From the NCBI RefSeq assembly GCF_009834535.1, contig NC_045696.1:61506001-61570000 (forward strand): a stretch of 64,000 nt of DNA, read 5' to 3'. Position numbers and translations under genes: made by a program. This document shows positions 13,916-28,403 of the stretch, piece by piece. The DNA comes from Camelus ferus (Eukaryota). The notes beneath the pieces were generated by a model that made no database searches, was not told where the DNA came from, and was given only the letters and a program-made list of their open reading frames with translations. The first letter of the stretch is position 1. Every line of letters begins with the position of its first letter.

Positions 13916-14714
13916 ATTCCCTTTGGGCTACTTGTGTTCTTAGGTAAGCCTGGATTCAGGGTGATATGATGGTGATCTGAATCCATGTGGATGATACCCC
14001 TTTGTAATCCTCCCAGAAAGTCTCCCAAGTGGAATGTTGGTTCCATTTCCTCCAGTCTCCACGGATGTGGCCTTCCGCAGAGATGGGTGAATCCTCTGAT
14101 AGGTCTCATACACCTAGAGGAAGGACAGAGCCACTGACTCAGTCGAAAGGCAATAGGAGCCTCATATTTCAACCATGCCATCTGCCATCTTCCTTCTCAG
14201 ACAATATAGGCCAGTTTCAGGGTCTTGGCTACTAACTAAGAGCGAAACTTGGTACCAACCAAACTAGATATTTTGGGGACTCTAATTACTTTCTGTCTTC
14301 TGGAGACAGTGTTCTTCCCAAAGACTGACTTAGTTTCTGCATTAATAGCTGTAGATTCATTTTGTGAATTAAGGAATTGTCCGTTTTTACCACAAATAGT
14401 AGTAGTGGTTGGGCATGGGGGTGGATTAGTAATGCTTACACTTCCCTAAACTCTTATCAGCAAACTTAGGGTCCCAAGTAATTCCTTCCCTGGGTGCCAG
14501 GGACTGGACAGTAGCTAGACACTAGTTTCATCCTCCAAAACTCAGTTACTCATCACATATCCAGGCCACCAATTTTATGGCAGATTAAGAGGTGCAACAG
14601 TTTTAAAAGGGTTTTGAGTGCCTCTCTTCTTTGGCAGCTGGGGTTAGTGCCATTGAAATTACTATTCCTTTCCTAAAAAGAAATTCACCCTGGGATAAAG
14701 GCATTTTAATGACT

Positions 14715-15165
14715 GCATTAGTTACATAGGGCTTCTGCAAATTACCACAAACCAGGTAGCTTAAAATAACAGAAATTATTTTTCTTTCACAGTTTTAGAG
14801 GCTAGAAGTCCAAGGTGTCAGTGGTATTAGGCTCTAGGGCAGAATTTATTCCATGCCTTTCTCTTAGCTTCTGGTTTCACAAGCAATTCTTGGCATTCCT
14901 TGGTTTAGAGCCATACAGCTCAAATCTCTGCCATCACATGGCATTCTTCCTGGGTGTCCCTGCATTTTCATATGGCCATCTTCTTGTAAGGAAACCAGTG
15001 ATATTGGTCTCAGGGCTTGAAATAATCCACTATGACCTCATCTTTAATTATATCTGCAATGACCCTATTTCCAAATAACGTCACATTCCAAGGTACTGGG
15101 CATTAGGACTCTCTCTCTCTTTCTCTAAATATATATATTTAGGGGCATGTAATTCAATCCATAAC
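14715..15165 (-). mobile_element. MaLR MLT1 LTR
   Basis: AAATTACCACAAAC...AACAGAAATT, GACCCTATTTCCAAATAA, AATTCAATCCATAAC. Confidence 0.75.
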
Positions 15166-16097
15166 GATGAATTCACTCATCTCTGATTTAGAAAATTTAA
15201 TCATAAATGCAAACTCTAACAAGGGTGCTCCACTCTCTTTTATTACCTGTGTCTGTCTAGGAAATTTAATAATTCTGTAGGACTCTTTCATGCTTGTTCT
15301 CAGCACTGTCTGCTGGTAATTCTGAAATTAGCAAAGACTTCTGAGGGGTCACATTAGCTCTGCACACCAAATTTCCCACCAGATCATGGTCTTTATCTCT
15401 GGATGGCTTTGCGCTAATCCTAGTCAAGTGTTAGTATTTAGTCTTCAAGGAGATATGGGCTACCCTATAATTCTGACATCCTGGATGAGCCCCACAAATA
15501 GCTCATACTAATCTTGAATGAGAAGTAGTTGTACAATAGCTTTCCTCTTCCATAATTCAAATTAATTTCTACTGTGCCCTTGTGATCTGGGGTGGCAAGT
15601 TTCAACTGAGTTGGTTTCCTCATGCTTTACCCAGCATGGATTGTGCCTAAGTTCTAGGGTGCCCTGATTAGTCCCCCTGGGGGATATATGTGGTCCTTGG
15701 TTGTCATCTATTCATACCAGGATCTTTGAGATATTGGCACAGCCTGTCTGGTGCCCAGTGGCTCCCAGGCACCATGGAGTTCTCCCTTGTTCCTATCTGA
15801 AGGTTTCATTTGGGTCCAAAGGCCCTCAGAGCTACACATCTGAGTCACTCTTGAGCACACAGGAAATGTCTTACTCCTCCCATCCCACAATGGGGCAAGG
15901 CAAGTTCTAATGTTGTCTGCTCTGTTTCCATGCTGTTCTGGACATGTTTCTGAGACAAGCAGGGATCTGGGGCAAAGGATCTCCCTCTCTAGGAACAGAT
16001 ACTGCACCTGAGATTGTAATGCTTCTCCTTCTTCACCCCTTCTACCAGCCCAGAGAGTCTTTATTTGGGATGAGATCAGGGAACCCTAGCTTACTTG

Positions 16098-16800
16098 TGT
16101 GGGAGAAAAACTTTTTCCTCTACCCTTTAAGTTCAGTTACTGGGGCCATGCAAATTAAACTGACAAAAGACAGGTTAACAGAAGAAAAAGAACAGAGTTT
16201 ATTTTCACATGCAACACACATACATGTAGGAAAACACAGTGATAAGTAACTCGGAGGAGTAGTTAGAATTTGGGGCCTTATATACCATTTTAATACGTAA
16301 AAGGGATGGGGGAGAAAGGCACTTACAGGAAGATAAATGACTTTTTGGAAAGTTTTTTTTTTTTTTTTTAATGGAGGTACTGGGGTTTGAACCCAGGACC
16401 TCATGCATGCTAAGCATGCACTCTACCACTGAGCTAAACTCTCCCCTTGGAAAGACTTTTTAAATTGGAGTTTTCAGGAGAATAAACAGGATATCAGAAA
16501 GTCATAATAATCTTTGTCTATACAGGTATGAATGGTCTTTGTGTCTCCTTCAGGGCCATAAAACTTCCCTGGAGGAGGAATTTGCGGTAGGTTTTATTCG
16601 TGTTCTTCCTTCTGGGAGTAGATCTGCCCTGATGAGAAATTTATTGCAGCCTTATTTCCAAGACACTGTTCCTTTGCGTCACATAAGGAAGCTTCGAGCA
16701 GGCTATTTTTCTGCATCTGTTGAATCTCAAATGTCTTCTTCAGCTTAAAATAATCTTTAGATCAAGTAGCATATTTTGAAGCAGCATATTCTGATCTGAA
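16098..16800. mobile_element. ERV1-like LTR containing a SINE insertion
   Basis: LTR-like motifs AAATTAAACTGACAAAAGACAG and GCATATTTTG...CATATTCTGA; family assigned from recall only. Confidence 0.55.
16353..16446 (-). mobile_element. Young Vic-1-like SINE
   Basis: Pure poly-T tail, intact A and B boxes, TSD TTGGAAAG at 16345-16352 and 16447-16454. Confidence 0.88.
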
Positions 16801-19623
16801 TTTTAACCTTTCTTCAAACGCCTGAAGAATCTGTCATTGAAATTAGTAATATTTTGAGCACAATAGTAGTCACATAATGGTACATGGGAATAGGTGTCTT
16901 TTCCTTTCAACTACTGGTAGAAAACAGCTTGAGGGATGGTAGAGAAAGAGTAGAGGAAATAGACAACAGTCTCCAAACTTAAAATAAGACTGTCATTTAC
17001 TAAGATCTGCAGACAGGAAGAGGAATTAGAGAAGCACACATACAGTTGAGCTTCAATTCTCTTAGTACCTTAAGATTACAAACTTTAAAAAGCATACCTT
17101 TATTCAGAACAAATATGTGGAACTAGTATAATAACTTGAGCAAGACATGGAGATTGGTTTTTTGTTTTGTTTTGTTTTCATTTTTCTCCCTGTTAACTGT
17201 TTTTCTCTGTGGTTCAGGGGTCTCTTGAGACACAGAGGAGCATGTAGGCAGGGGTCTCTTGTGTCATGGGAAATATACGAAGGCTCAAGGGAGCCATGGG
17301 AACCAATGGGTATGGGTCCATTTCATGGGATCATTTTTTTTAAAAATCAACTTTATTGAGGTATCATTTACATGTAATAAAAATATATTCATTTTAAGTG
17401 TACTGTTCAATGCATTTTCAAGATATGGAACATTTACATGACTTAGTATCTGGTGTGCTTCCTAGTGTAACTAACAGTACCAGCCAGGGGCCTGGCAAGA
17501 AACAGATGGCCCAGTTAAACTGGATAATTTGAGAAGAGGGATTATTTACAAAGGTGTGGGCATGGTGTAGGGAAAGCACAAGATGGTTCCTTGTAGCAAC
17601 ACCAGAGAGCTCCTCCCACGCCATCGGAGGGGCAGAGAGGAGGAAGCAGCTACCAGAACCTGGGAAGAGAGGCTGTGTGGCAAGGGAGACTATGTGGAAA
17701 GCACAATGTCACTGGAGCTATGACTCTCAGTTGAGGGGCACAGCCAGCCAGACTGCGGGGATCCTGGAGAGAAGTCATGGAGATGAATGCTTCAGTCTTA
17801 CTCCCCTCTTTCTTGTTTCCTCTAGGGTCGCCTTGGCATAATTCAACTAGAAATCAGAGGGTAAGGGAGCCTCCAATTTAGTCCTTACAGCGTACAGTCC
17901 TCTTGGCACAGTCCCAGTACAAGGGTGAAAAGGAGGGGTAGTCAGGAGATATGTGTTATACTGCTTGGTGAGTTTAAGGACAAAGCAGCAAGACCTCTTG
18001 TGGGAAGGTGTTTTGGGGTGGTGTTTGGGGAGGGAAGGCCATGTCAAGCTCAGCAGTTTCTCAGTCCATGCCGTATGACTTATATTAGTTAACTCTTGAT
18101 GCATAACAATATAAGCCTAGTGTCTTAAAATAACACACCTGTATTATCTCAGTCAGGAGTCAGCACACTTAGCTGTGTATTCTGCTAGCGTCTCACCAGG
18201 CTACAATCAACATGTTGGCCAGGGCTAGTTCTCACCGGGAGGATCCACTTCCCTGCTTGTGTGGTTGTTGGCAGCATTCAGTTCCTGGCAGCTGGAGTAC
18301 AGAGAACTTCAGTTTTTTGCTGGCTGCTCAGTGGAGGCCGCCCTCAGCTCCTAGAGCCCTATCACAGTTCCCTGTCACATGAGGTTCCCCACCATGGCCT
18401 CAAACATTTTTTACCAGAATAACCAACCTGGGAAGCCAAAAAGGTGCAGTGGGGAAGAATGGGAAGTGCCATCCTGGAGCAAACCTCAGAAAAACATCAG
18501 CCAGCATGCATCTGCAGGAGGTCAGGGCCTTGTTCTGGGTGGAATTCCTGTGAGCGCATCTGAGAACAAAGACAGCCAGGCACAGTGTTGGAGAGGAAAG
18601 GTCAAAAAATTACATAGGTCCAGTGATGGTAGATTTAAGAGAGGGAATCCCTTTAGAAAGCAGAGGCAATATTCCTTGGTAGCAGCCATTGGTGATGAAA
18701 GAAAGGAAGGAAGTGGCTGGGGTAAGAGACTGCCAGGAACAGATTCTAGAGTTTATATAGCAAAATAACGAGAATAGCCAGAATAGTGTGAGAGAAAAAA
18801 AGAGCAATGAGAGGTGACTTGCTCTATCATAAAACTTCAGTAATTAAAACAATATGTTATCAATGCATGAGTGGATAGTATGCCAATGGAACAGGAAACC
18901 CAGACATAGACCCTAACATGTATGAAAACTTAGCATGTAAGTAGGAATCTCTGGTTGCTTGCAATAATGGATTTCTTTTTAAAATGGTGTTGGGCAAATT
19001 AGATAAACAATGAAAAAAAAATAAAGTTGAACCATACCTTACTCCCTATACCAGTTTAAATGCCAAATGAGTCAAATATTGAAATGTAAAAAATAAAACC
19101 ATATAAAATACCCATGTATTGAAGGGAAAGGGTAACATCTTTATAGCTGCGAAGAAAATTCTTTCAACAACAAAAATCAATTTTTTTAAATGACTGAAAA
19201 ATTAAACTATCTGAAGATCAAAAACTTCAGCATGGTGAAAAAAAAAGCCTCATTATTAAGTCAAATTAATGACAAACTGGAGTCAATATACAAGACCAGC
19301 ACTCAATAACAAAGACCCCAATTCTGAGTTTATTGCTTAAGTAAAGGACAGGTATGCTGGTGGTCAGGTGACCAGCCTTGGGGAAAGCAAACCTCAGATC
19401 TCATGGAGAAATGTAATGGTGTTGGTTGTGCAGGAAGTGTGTTTACTGGCCTGAGACCATTGATGATTAGCTGACTTTCAAAGCATGACGCTATCACTGA
19501 TTGGTTCATTTTCAGAGGTATGTTCAATGAAGCAAATTGTCATTGATTGATTAGACAGGTTTGTAACCTGTTCTGGTGGTTACCTGTGACCATGGCTATC
19601 AAATAATCAATCTTTCCCTTGGG

Positions 19624-19643
19624 GTGTGTGTGTGTGTGTGTGT
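19624..19643. repeat. (GT)n microsatellite
   Basis: Direct reading. Confidence 0.9.
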
Positions 19644-22600
19644 GGACTTTTCCCATGGGGAAATTTTTTTGTAACTCATTACAAAGAAAGGGCCAATCTT
19701 CCTGATACATTAAGAGCCTCTTGAAATTGAGATAAAAGTCCAACAACCCAATAGAAAAATAAACAAAGAATACAAACAGAGAAATAAATGTAAGTGGTCT
19801 TAGAACAATGATGGGGGAAGAGAAAACCCAACCTCCACCTCATTCAAAATAAATGTTTTCTGTAGTAACTGCTGTCAAAACCCTGGAGAAAAACACAAAC
19901 CACATTCCATAAAATTAAAGTAAAATGTCACAATAGCTTTTTGACATTTAAAGATGATTTAATGTAGAAGCCACCATTTAGAATAAATGTTTCAGAAAAA
20001 TACATGATGCACAGGTTATTTTTTTTTTTTTAAGCCAAAGCAAAGAGGCATGGTTTGTTCAGTAATAATCTTTTTGGTAGCTTTTGCTACTAAATTAAAA
20101 TTGCCACTTGTCCCCAACTAAAGACCTAAGTTATTAGGTAATTAGGCCCCTCATTGATTTCTTGGTTTGTGGCCTGCTTATCAGTGCCACAGAAAATTTT
20201 TTTCTTCTAAAAATGAACCAGTTAAATTCATGTAACTTATAGCTTTACACACATAAAAGCTTTAAATACATTTTCTAAGCATACGCCAATAGAAAGAATC
20301 AAATATTTTTGGTTTACAAGGTGCTTTTCCAACCAGTTATTTTTGAGATACTTATGTTTTTGAACAGTTTTCAATTCAATGAACTCAGAATGCACTTGTA
20401 TAAACTACTTCAAGCTCTCTGGGAGTAGAAAGATTCTCTCATGTTAAAACCAAATTAGTATTATTTCAGTGCCTCTTGCTAAGATTATTATATAATTTTT
20501 TTCTTTTTTCTTGCAATTTAGGACTACTCTGGAAGGTTACTTCATTGTGATCTACTTCAATTACTAAAATGCCCTCCCTCCTTTAAATCTTACTCTGGTG
20601 TTCTATTATTTCTAGAGTGTACCCCCCTAGGAGCTCTGGGAATTTTGTGATGATGCCTGAGACCTTAATTTTCTGTAGAAGAAATTTCAGAGGGGGATTC
20701 TTGGCATCCCTGTAGGTAAGAATTAGAAAGTTTGTAGGGACTCAGGACAGTGGTGGCTTTAGCTGATAGTCTGTGTACGGGTGGCACACACTTTTTTCTT
20801 CATCATCTAGTAACCAAACTCTTCTGTTGTGTTTCTCAGCTTTGAGGGTGGCAGCCCCTCTCTGCAGTTATCATCTTTGGCTTATCTCAGTGTTTCCTTT
20901 TGCCCCAACACCTGTCTAACCAATTCCCTATACTGCATACCCTCTAGTGAAATACCTATTATGTTTTTTTTCCTCAAGTGGATCTATCAATAGACCCAGT
21001 AAAATCTACATTTTTCTAGTATAAACTGAGCAGGGAGTGGGATTCTCATCCTGATCCTGGGACTCAGGAAAGTCCACGCTCAGTCTGTCTGACTTGTAGT
21101 AAAAAACAGACACCCTAACTTTTTATGGGTCTTAAGAGAGGAAGAGGAATGATACAAAAGATAGACCCAATTTATGATCCCCAACTGACAGAAAACCTTT
21201 TGGATGGAACTGGTTTCACGGATAGAGTCTAACTGCAGCAGCCTGGGACCATAAAAGCCAAGTTAAAGTGAAATGTAAAGAGAAGGGTGCCCTCAAGTGA
21301 ATTCAGGGTCCGTGTTGCTCCAAGTCCTGCCAAAACAAGGCATAAATATACTGAAGGGGAAAAAAAAGACTAAAAATTAAAGTCATGATTCTTTATTAAT
21401 CTTTACACAGGAATTAAGAAATAAGTAAACATACAGTAGTAGCTCAATTCCTTTCAAAGTTTGTGGTATTTTACACACCTTTATGTACACCAAATGTATA
21501 GAAGCAGTATAGGAATCTGAGGAAGCCACAAGGTATTTCCAAGAAATGGTTTCCTGAGGCCAAAGTCTCCTGTCATCTGGGAACTGTGACAGAGAGGAAC
21601 TTATGAGCAGGGGTTTCTTGTTACATGGTGCTGTGGACACATCTGGCAGGAGAGAGGTCAGTGGAGTCTCCATGAGTAGACAGAAGGTAACTGCAATTTA
21701 CTGGACGCTGTATGTGGGTACTTATGGTCGCACAAAGTCACGGGATAAAGTGAAACTCTCTTCAAAGTGGGACTGGTGGAGTGATGAGGCTGCAGGATAG
21801 CCAGGAGAAAAGAACTATCACTTATTAAAGTTCATTTTTGAATCACGGCCTGCACCAGGTGCTCAATGTGTATTACTTTCCTTCACTCTTGATAGCGACT
21901 CCGTTAGTTACACTGATTCCCATTTACAAATTAAAGTAATTTGAGGGGGAGCATATAGTTGTGTTGATGGTCCAAAACTTATGCACGAATTACTAGTCCC
22001 ATAGTTCAATTCCTTATGGAATAAATATTTGTGAACTAAGGAACCTAAGAGCCATTTAAAAGCATTCTTAGCTCACAGGCCCTACAAAAATTGTCAGCGT
22101 GCAGATTTGGCTTGTGGGACATAGTCTGCACACCTCTGTGCTAGGGCTTTCAGTTGAGGCCTTAGTGTGTTCAACAGGCTTCCTTTCCCTGGTAGGACCT
22201 GAACTGTTCTTGTCTCATTAGCACCTTGTACCTGATGACAACTCCTCTCTGCTTTTCAGAGGTTTTCAGCCTTTTGGCCTCTGCTCTGAACAGTTTCAAA
22301 ACTGTGATTATCTCTATGGGAAAGCCAACCTTGTGTTTGATGACCCTTGTGTCACTCTAGCTTCATGAGATGGCCAAGAGCTCTGCCGGTTTCTCTGTTC
22401 ACCAGCAGCAGCCCTGAATCTCAGCCTGCATTCAGAGTAGGCACATGCTATGAGCGAAAAAGTGGTTGCAAACATCAGTTCACCTCTCAAGTCTTCCCTC
22501 TCTAGAGTCTTAGCGCCAACTTGGTCCGCATTGTTTCAGTAGCTTTCCGATGCTTTTAAGTAGAAAATTTTACATTTTTTAAATCTGGCTTTTCTTATTA

Positions 22601-25591
22601 TTTTCAGCAGGACTACAGGTTTGCTGCAATGCTACCTGAAAAGCCTAAGATTTGCTTTTCAAATAATTTTAAAATAGTACATTAAAGCCAAATATATTCA
22701 AATTCATTTATAATACTATTTCCAAAAATTCACAATGCTAATTATTTTTTCACACTGAAAAACCTTCCTGAACTACAACTCTTAGAATTTAAAGGCAAAA
22801 AAGGACTATCCAGAGTGGTGCAGGCTGAGATGCATAAGTTTCCTTTATCTTGCAATATTTTAAGAACATTTAAATTTTGACTGATACAATAGATTCAATA
22901 TGACTGAAAATTCAAAAAATATAAAAGAACAATAGCAAAAAGTCATTCTTTCATTTATATCTCCCAGTCACCCAGTTTCTCTCCCCACTGGCAACACTGT
23001 CTCTCTTGTTCATACATATATTTCTCTTTTTTTGGACAAATGGTTGCTCACTATATATGCTATTCTACAGCTTGTATTTTTGGTTTACTCTGTATCTTAC
23101 AGTTCTTTTCACATCAGTAAAGTAGGTTTTTTGTTTGTTTAATTGCAGTATAGTATTCCATTGTACCATCATTTATTTGGTGTGTATTGATATGATTAAG
23201 GTTGTTGCTAAGCTTGTTATTACAAACAATGCCATACAAAAGTATTTTGTGCCATTCTACATATATGTGAAGACAGCTTTAATAGAGGAAGAATTGCCAA
23301 GGTTACCTCTCTAGGAATTTTAAATTTTCTATTCATACCAGGCAACATATAGAAGTGCCTATTTCCCTACACTCTTGCCAAGATTAAAACAAACAAACAT
23401 GTATCAAAGCAAACCCCAAAAAGCACCTTTATCTTTACTAATCTGAAAGGTGGAAAAATATATGAGCATTAGTATAAGTGATATCATGCATCTTTTAACA
23501 CATTTAAAAGCCATTTACATTTCCTTTCCTTGAACAATGTTTCTTGGGAAAAAACTTCTCTAGTTTTCCTTCTGGGTTGTTAGTCTTTTTCTTAACGTAT
23601 TGGCAGATACTTTATTATAAAGGAAATTAGCTCTTTGTGATGAATTGCATCTTTCTCCCCTAGTTTATGTATTTCAATTTTCCTTTATGATAGTTTTTGT
23701 TATGCAGAACTTTTAATTTTCATGTGTTAATTTTTACCTGTTGTAAACCACAGTCCATTTAAATTTTTAATAATTATTTAAATTTCTAGATTCTCAATCT
23801 CTGCAGTTTTAGAACTCCCTGAGAAATTAAACACTCTCATATCCCTTCCAAAGAAATGGGAGAAGTATCCATACATTCTAATGACTGACACGAAACATTT
23901 ACTAGTTTCCCACAAAAATGCATAATTTCTCAGAACGACTGAGAAATTAAACTTTTATCTTAAAACCGACTTTAGTCAGAAAGATTTCTTCACAAATAAG
24001 TGGTTAGATATGTAAATCCTAAATACATTACCCTATTTTTCCTCCTTTTTTGGTCATAGACTATTCCAGGAAGATTTAATTACATAACTTTTGATTTGAG
24101 GCATTACAACAATGCCTACCCTAAACTGTAAAGTGAAATTGCTCTTAAAAAATACTGGTTTGATGAAAAAAGATTTTAGTCTATTTTAGACAAATTTGAT
24201 TAGTTTCTAACTACATTTCATTTCAGCACAATCATTACTCAGAAGGCAATCACTTTTGAGAAAGGGCAAACTAAATTTTAAATCAGCATCAGAATTCTAC
24301 CCATAATTACCCAATCAATATTGAAGTGGATGCCGTCAAGTATGCAGATTTCAGTTACAAAATTGGAGGAAAAAAACCCTTAATAATGTATAGAAATACT
24401 GATAAATTTAATCTTGAATTTTTACCTCTAGGACATTTTATTGTTATTTACCTTAAAAGGATGGCTAACTAGACATCAGAAGAAATGCTGTTAAAACTAT
24501 TGTTTGTTTGCTCTAAGTTGTTCACATTAATGAAACATAAGATCAATAGTTTCTAAGTTAAATTCACAAAATGAAATCACTACCTTCTGATTTAACTTTC
24601 ATGGGTAAGACAGGGCCAAACTCAAGTATCATACTTTCTATTTTTGTCCATAACACAAGTAAGTCAGTATCAATACAAATGATAACATAAGGAAATAAAT
24701 ACATGGTTAGTCAGGTTGTACAACGTAGATACTGTGATATAACTCTCAGTAAATTCCCATTTTTCCCCTTGAATAGCAGATTAGATACAACGGTGCAAAA
24801 ACTCACATTTTCTGTGTCATTTAGCAAAGAAAGACAAGGAAGAAGACTTTGCCAAACAACACATGCTACTCTATTTTGGACCCAGTCATCTGATCATCTA
24901 CTCAGTTCCAATGCTTCCAAACTGTCAATCCAGTCCACTCAGCCTTATCCCAACTCTTAGGCCCTTTTGTATCAAGAATCTCGCTTCATCTCTGTCAGTT
25001 AATCCCTAATTTTCCAGAAAACTCTGATTCTTCTGACTTCATGTTGATCCAAATCCATTTTAAATCAAAGAAAATGCTGTAATACTTAAAAAAGTAAAGT
25101 GGAATAGAAATTAGATTACTTTAGTGTTATGGAAGATGCATTTCATGAGCTCTGCAAATACATGGGAAAGTTGCAAGAAACAGATTTTAAACCCTGCCTG
25201 GATTCCTTAACTACTTGGTTATACTATAAAGTTGCTTTAATTACTAGGCAGGACAAAAAGTTGAGCAAAGGCCATAAAATATGCATTTTTTAGGAAATGC
25301 ATGGAAATGATTTCTTGGGAGTCAGCCAAGGCATTTTTATATCCATAAGGACTGTCAACTTAGTACATCACAGTTACTAAAAAAGGAAAGGAGCGGGATT
25401 CTTGCTTACCACTGAGTTTGGCAGAAATACCTTCATATATTTCTCCCTTATAATCACAAGGATTGTCCTGTAATTGAGGACAATGAGTGTGCCCACAGAG
25501 CAGAATTAATAAAAAAAAAGTTAAGAATCTACAATAGAGAGCTTCACAATCCAGCTTTACTAGATTATAAAACACTCCCTTTACCCATGCA

Positions 25592-26545
25592 TTACTTTGT
25601 GTATCTCTGAAACATCTGAAAAATACTTTTCTGTGACTTACTAGGCTGTAGGGAATGAGCAGTTTTAGGCACATTACCATCATCTCTAGTAGAATTTGGT
25701 ATCTTTTTTCCATTAACTGAACGTTTAAACTGGATCTTTAAAGAAGGTTGCCAATTTTCATTTTTTGAGCCTCTCCGAGGTTTTGGATGCTCCAGATCAG
25801 TTTGTCTTTTGAAGTTCCTATCTTTGGAATTCTTCCTCTGTCCGTTTAGTAATCTGTCTGGAGGTGAGGATGTAGCACGTAACTGATACTCATCTGGGGA
25901 TCCTTTTTGCCGGTTTGGCCTCAGTCGTTCTTGATCCACCTCTTTCTGAAGCTGTAATGCTAATAACCTGTCCTGTTCTTCTTGTTTATGTCTCTCAAAA
26001 AGTAGATGTTCCAAATCTATCAGTTTTTGGGTAAAGTTGATTTCTGTGTCCTCTTGGTCTGAGGAAGCTTTGGGGAACATTTTTCTTCTTTTTGCAGAAA
26101 AGCATGGATCCCTGGCTCCTTCAAACAAAGATTCCTGGTTTTTTCTTTTGGAGATATCTTTATTGATCAGTAGGCGAGACTCCTCATTTTCTGTCTCAAC
26201 TGTGTCATTTCTAATTATCTGTGTCATATCAGATACAGTACAGCCACTCTGTGTTTTGCCACAAGGTTCATCTGCAGCTTCTCCAGAGTAGGGAACTCTG
26301 GCTTTAGGTTCCTCATGATTTATGACACATAATTCTTTACCATGATTGCTTGATCTTGTTTCGACTTTTCCTTCAAGGCACCATTCTCTACCACTGGCAC
26401 GTAACTGAGGCATAGGTGACTCCACTGAAGATTTTGCACATTGTTCTTGAATTTCAAGGCATATCTGAGGAGAGAGTATTGGCATATCTTCCTCCATTTC
26501 TATGTCTTGCCATGTAGGGCTATTTACATCACTGCTGTCAGTTTC
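25592..26545 (-). CDS. RNF168: RNF168 exon 6 (last coding exon, 954 nt): MIU2, LRM2, C-terminal tail
   Basis: Acceptor TTCTCCAG|GAA; encodes QEEQDRLLALQLQKE (MIU2), RQKGSPDEYQLR (LRM2) and ends SIFQMFQRYTK*. Confidence 0.96.
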   Translation of the reverse strand, partial: ETDSSDVNSPTWQDIEMEEDMPILSPQICLEIQEQCAKSSVESPMPQLRASGREWCLEGKVETRSSNHGKELCVINHEEPKARVPYSGEAADEPCGKTQSGCTVSDMTQIIRNDTVETENEESRLLINKDISKRKNQESLFEGARDPCFSAKRRKMFPKASSDQEDTEINFTQKLIDLEHLLFERHKQEEQDRLLALQLQKEVDQERLRPNRQKGSPDEYQLRATSSPPDRLLNGQRKNSKDRNFKRQTDLEHPKPRRGSKNENWQPSLKIQFKRSVNGKKIPNSTRDDGNVPKTAHSLQPSKSQKSIFQMFQRYTK

Positions 26546-27639
26546 CTGGAGAAAACAGAAAAAGACCAAATAGGGGAAAATATCAAGTCATAATATGTAA
26601 GTCTAATTACACTGATACTATAGCAGAGCTGTCAGCATAAGGTAATTATTATTACCAAGAAGGTATATTAATTCTTAATAGTATTTCTATTGTGTGCCAA
26701 TTTAGACTAAGGTATTTCTTCATTTTCATTCCCATGAAAACCTATAGATTAAAACCCACAAACTAGTTATATATATATGGCCAGGAGCTGGCACCATGAC
26801 CTGACCTCTCACTTTATAAATTTCCTCTACACTAGAGGTTTTTAATCCCTTTTTGTGTCACAAATCATCCTCCCTTTGGCATTTTTGTGAAGCTTACAGA
26901 CCTCTTCTGAGAAAAATAGTTTTAAACATAAAAATAAATACATACAGTTATAAAGGGAATAATTTATAATACAATTATTAAAATCTTATAATTTATGATG
27001 TAATAAAGCTTATCTATTAAATACATTAAATATTAAGATCTAGTGGCAAGTCTAATAACTTATAATATTGGAGGGATGAATATAAATGATACTTTAAGAG
27101 ATCTTGCAAACAAATGTAATATGATTAAAAACCTGTGCTTTCTACTGGCAATAAAGTCACAGGTACTGATAACATTATTATGGTTTGCTGCCAACATTCA
27201 TAACTAAAGGAAACACTAAAATGAGAGGTCAGGCAAAAATGAAAACAACTTTTTCTTCTATCTAAGTTCATATGTACTCCGTGGATTCTACTCATAGACC
27301 CTAGGTTAAGAACCCTTGCTTTGCCAGTATAATTCTTCTTCTCACTTACAGGTCTTAGGTATGTCAAGACCTAGGATTATTTTTGACCATGTGAAAGCCT
27401 TAAGAAGAAACGCTTCAATGAGAATTTGCTCCACAACAAAAATTACTCCTTGTTGTTGGAGACCTTAAATCTGGTTTTTTTTTTTTAAACACCTACTTTG
27501 CTTTGCATTTATCATCACTCATAACATTTCTTATGAATCAATGTGGTTTGGATTGGACAAATTCTAGGCTGCTTACTTGATTTTGCTGTGAATATTAACA
27601 TCAGGATAGGAAAAAAAATCCCAGCCCTAGAATGCATCT

Positions 27640-27815
27640 TACATCAGTCCTTAGTTCTAGTATGAGCCAAACTATCTGGACTTGAATCCTCCCTCTACTC
27701 CCTCTACTTAAGGGACTTCGGGAGTCTCTTATCTCTGCATACCTCAGTCTTCTCAGCTGTAACTGGGCACAAGAAGGATACCTTACAGAGCTAGTGGTTG
27801 GATGAAGATTAAATG
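27640..27815 (+). mobile_element. MIR SINE
   Basis: TTGAATCC...CCTCAGTCTTCTCAGCTGTAA...GAAGATTAAATG core. Confidence 0.6.
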
Positions 27816-28403
27816 TTGGTGTTATAAAACCACCTGGCTGAACTGAAAAAATTTTAGGAACCCATGAGTAAAGGGTTAACAAAACCTCTTCTCTGTAGGA
27901 AATTGACTTTGGTGTCAGCTCATCTTTCTTCATTCTATTTGCTTGGAAACCCGATAAAGGGGGAATGTCACATGTGTTACTAGGCCACATAGCTTATGGT
28001 AAAAATGACCCTTATTGGTGAACTGCATCTGTACTAGGAGACCTATGAGTGGTCTATAAACATGTTGCAGGAAGCCAAAGCCTGGGGCTTCTTAAAGTAA
28101 TTTACAACTCCTTTGACTGGGTGTGCCCTTTACCAGGACCCCTGGAAGCTATACCTATGAATTGTTACAGTAAATAACTGACTCTTATGGGGCATGGGAC
28201 TTCCGAACCTGGGTGGTTACTATACTCTTCTGCATGGTCTCATTTCCAGGCCATCACTTAGAAGCTCTGTAGTAATGACTCTTGTTGAACAGCGATGCCT
28301 GATGCTGCCCTACTAGCATGCTTTGTTTTCCATCCTGTAATCTTTTAAGGGAAGCTGGTACCAGGGGTAGCCTATCCAGTTTTGTGAATTTGATTATCTA
28401 CGT

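Noticed and set aside
13920..16090. Possible ancient retroviral internal sequence
   Set aside because: No gag or pol motif could be read with confidence; needs a Dfam or tBLASTx search.
16371..16446. tRNA-Ala-like sequences here and at other SINE copies
   Set aside because: They have A-rich tails and TSDs and lack an intact acceptor stem, so they are SINEs, not tRNA genes.
27900..28390. Possible intronic snoRNA or other ncRNA in RNF168 intron 5
   Set aside because: No convincing C/D or H/ACA box arrangement with terminal stems.
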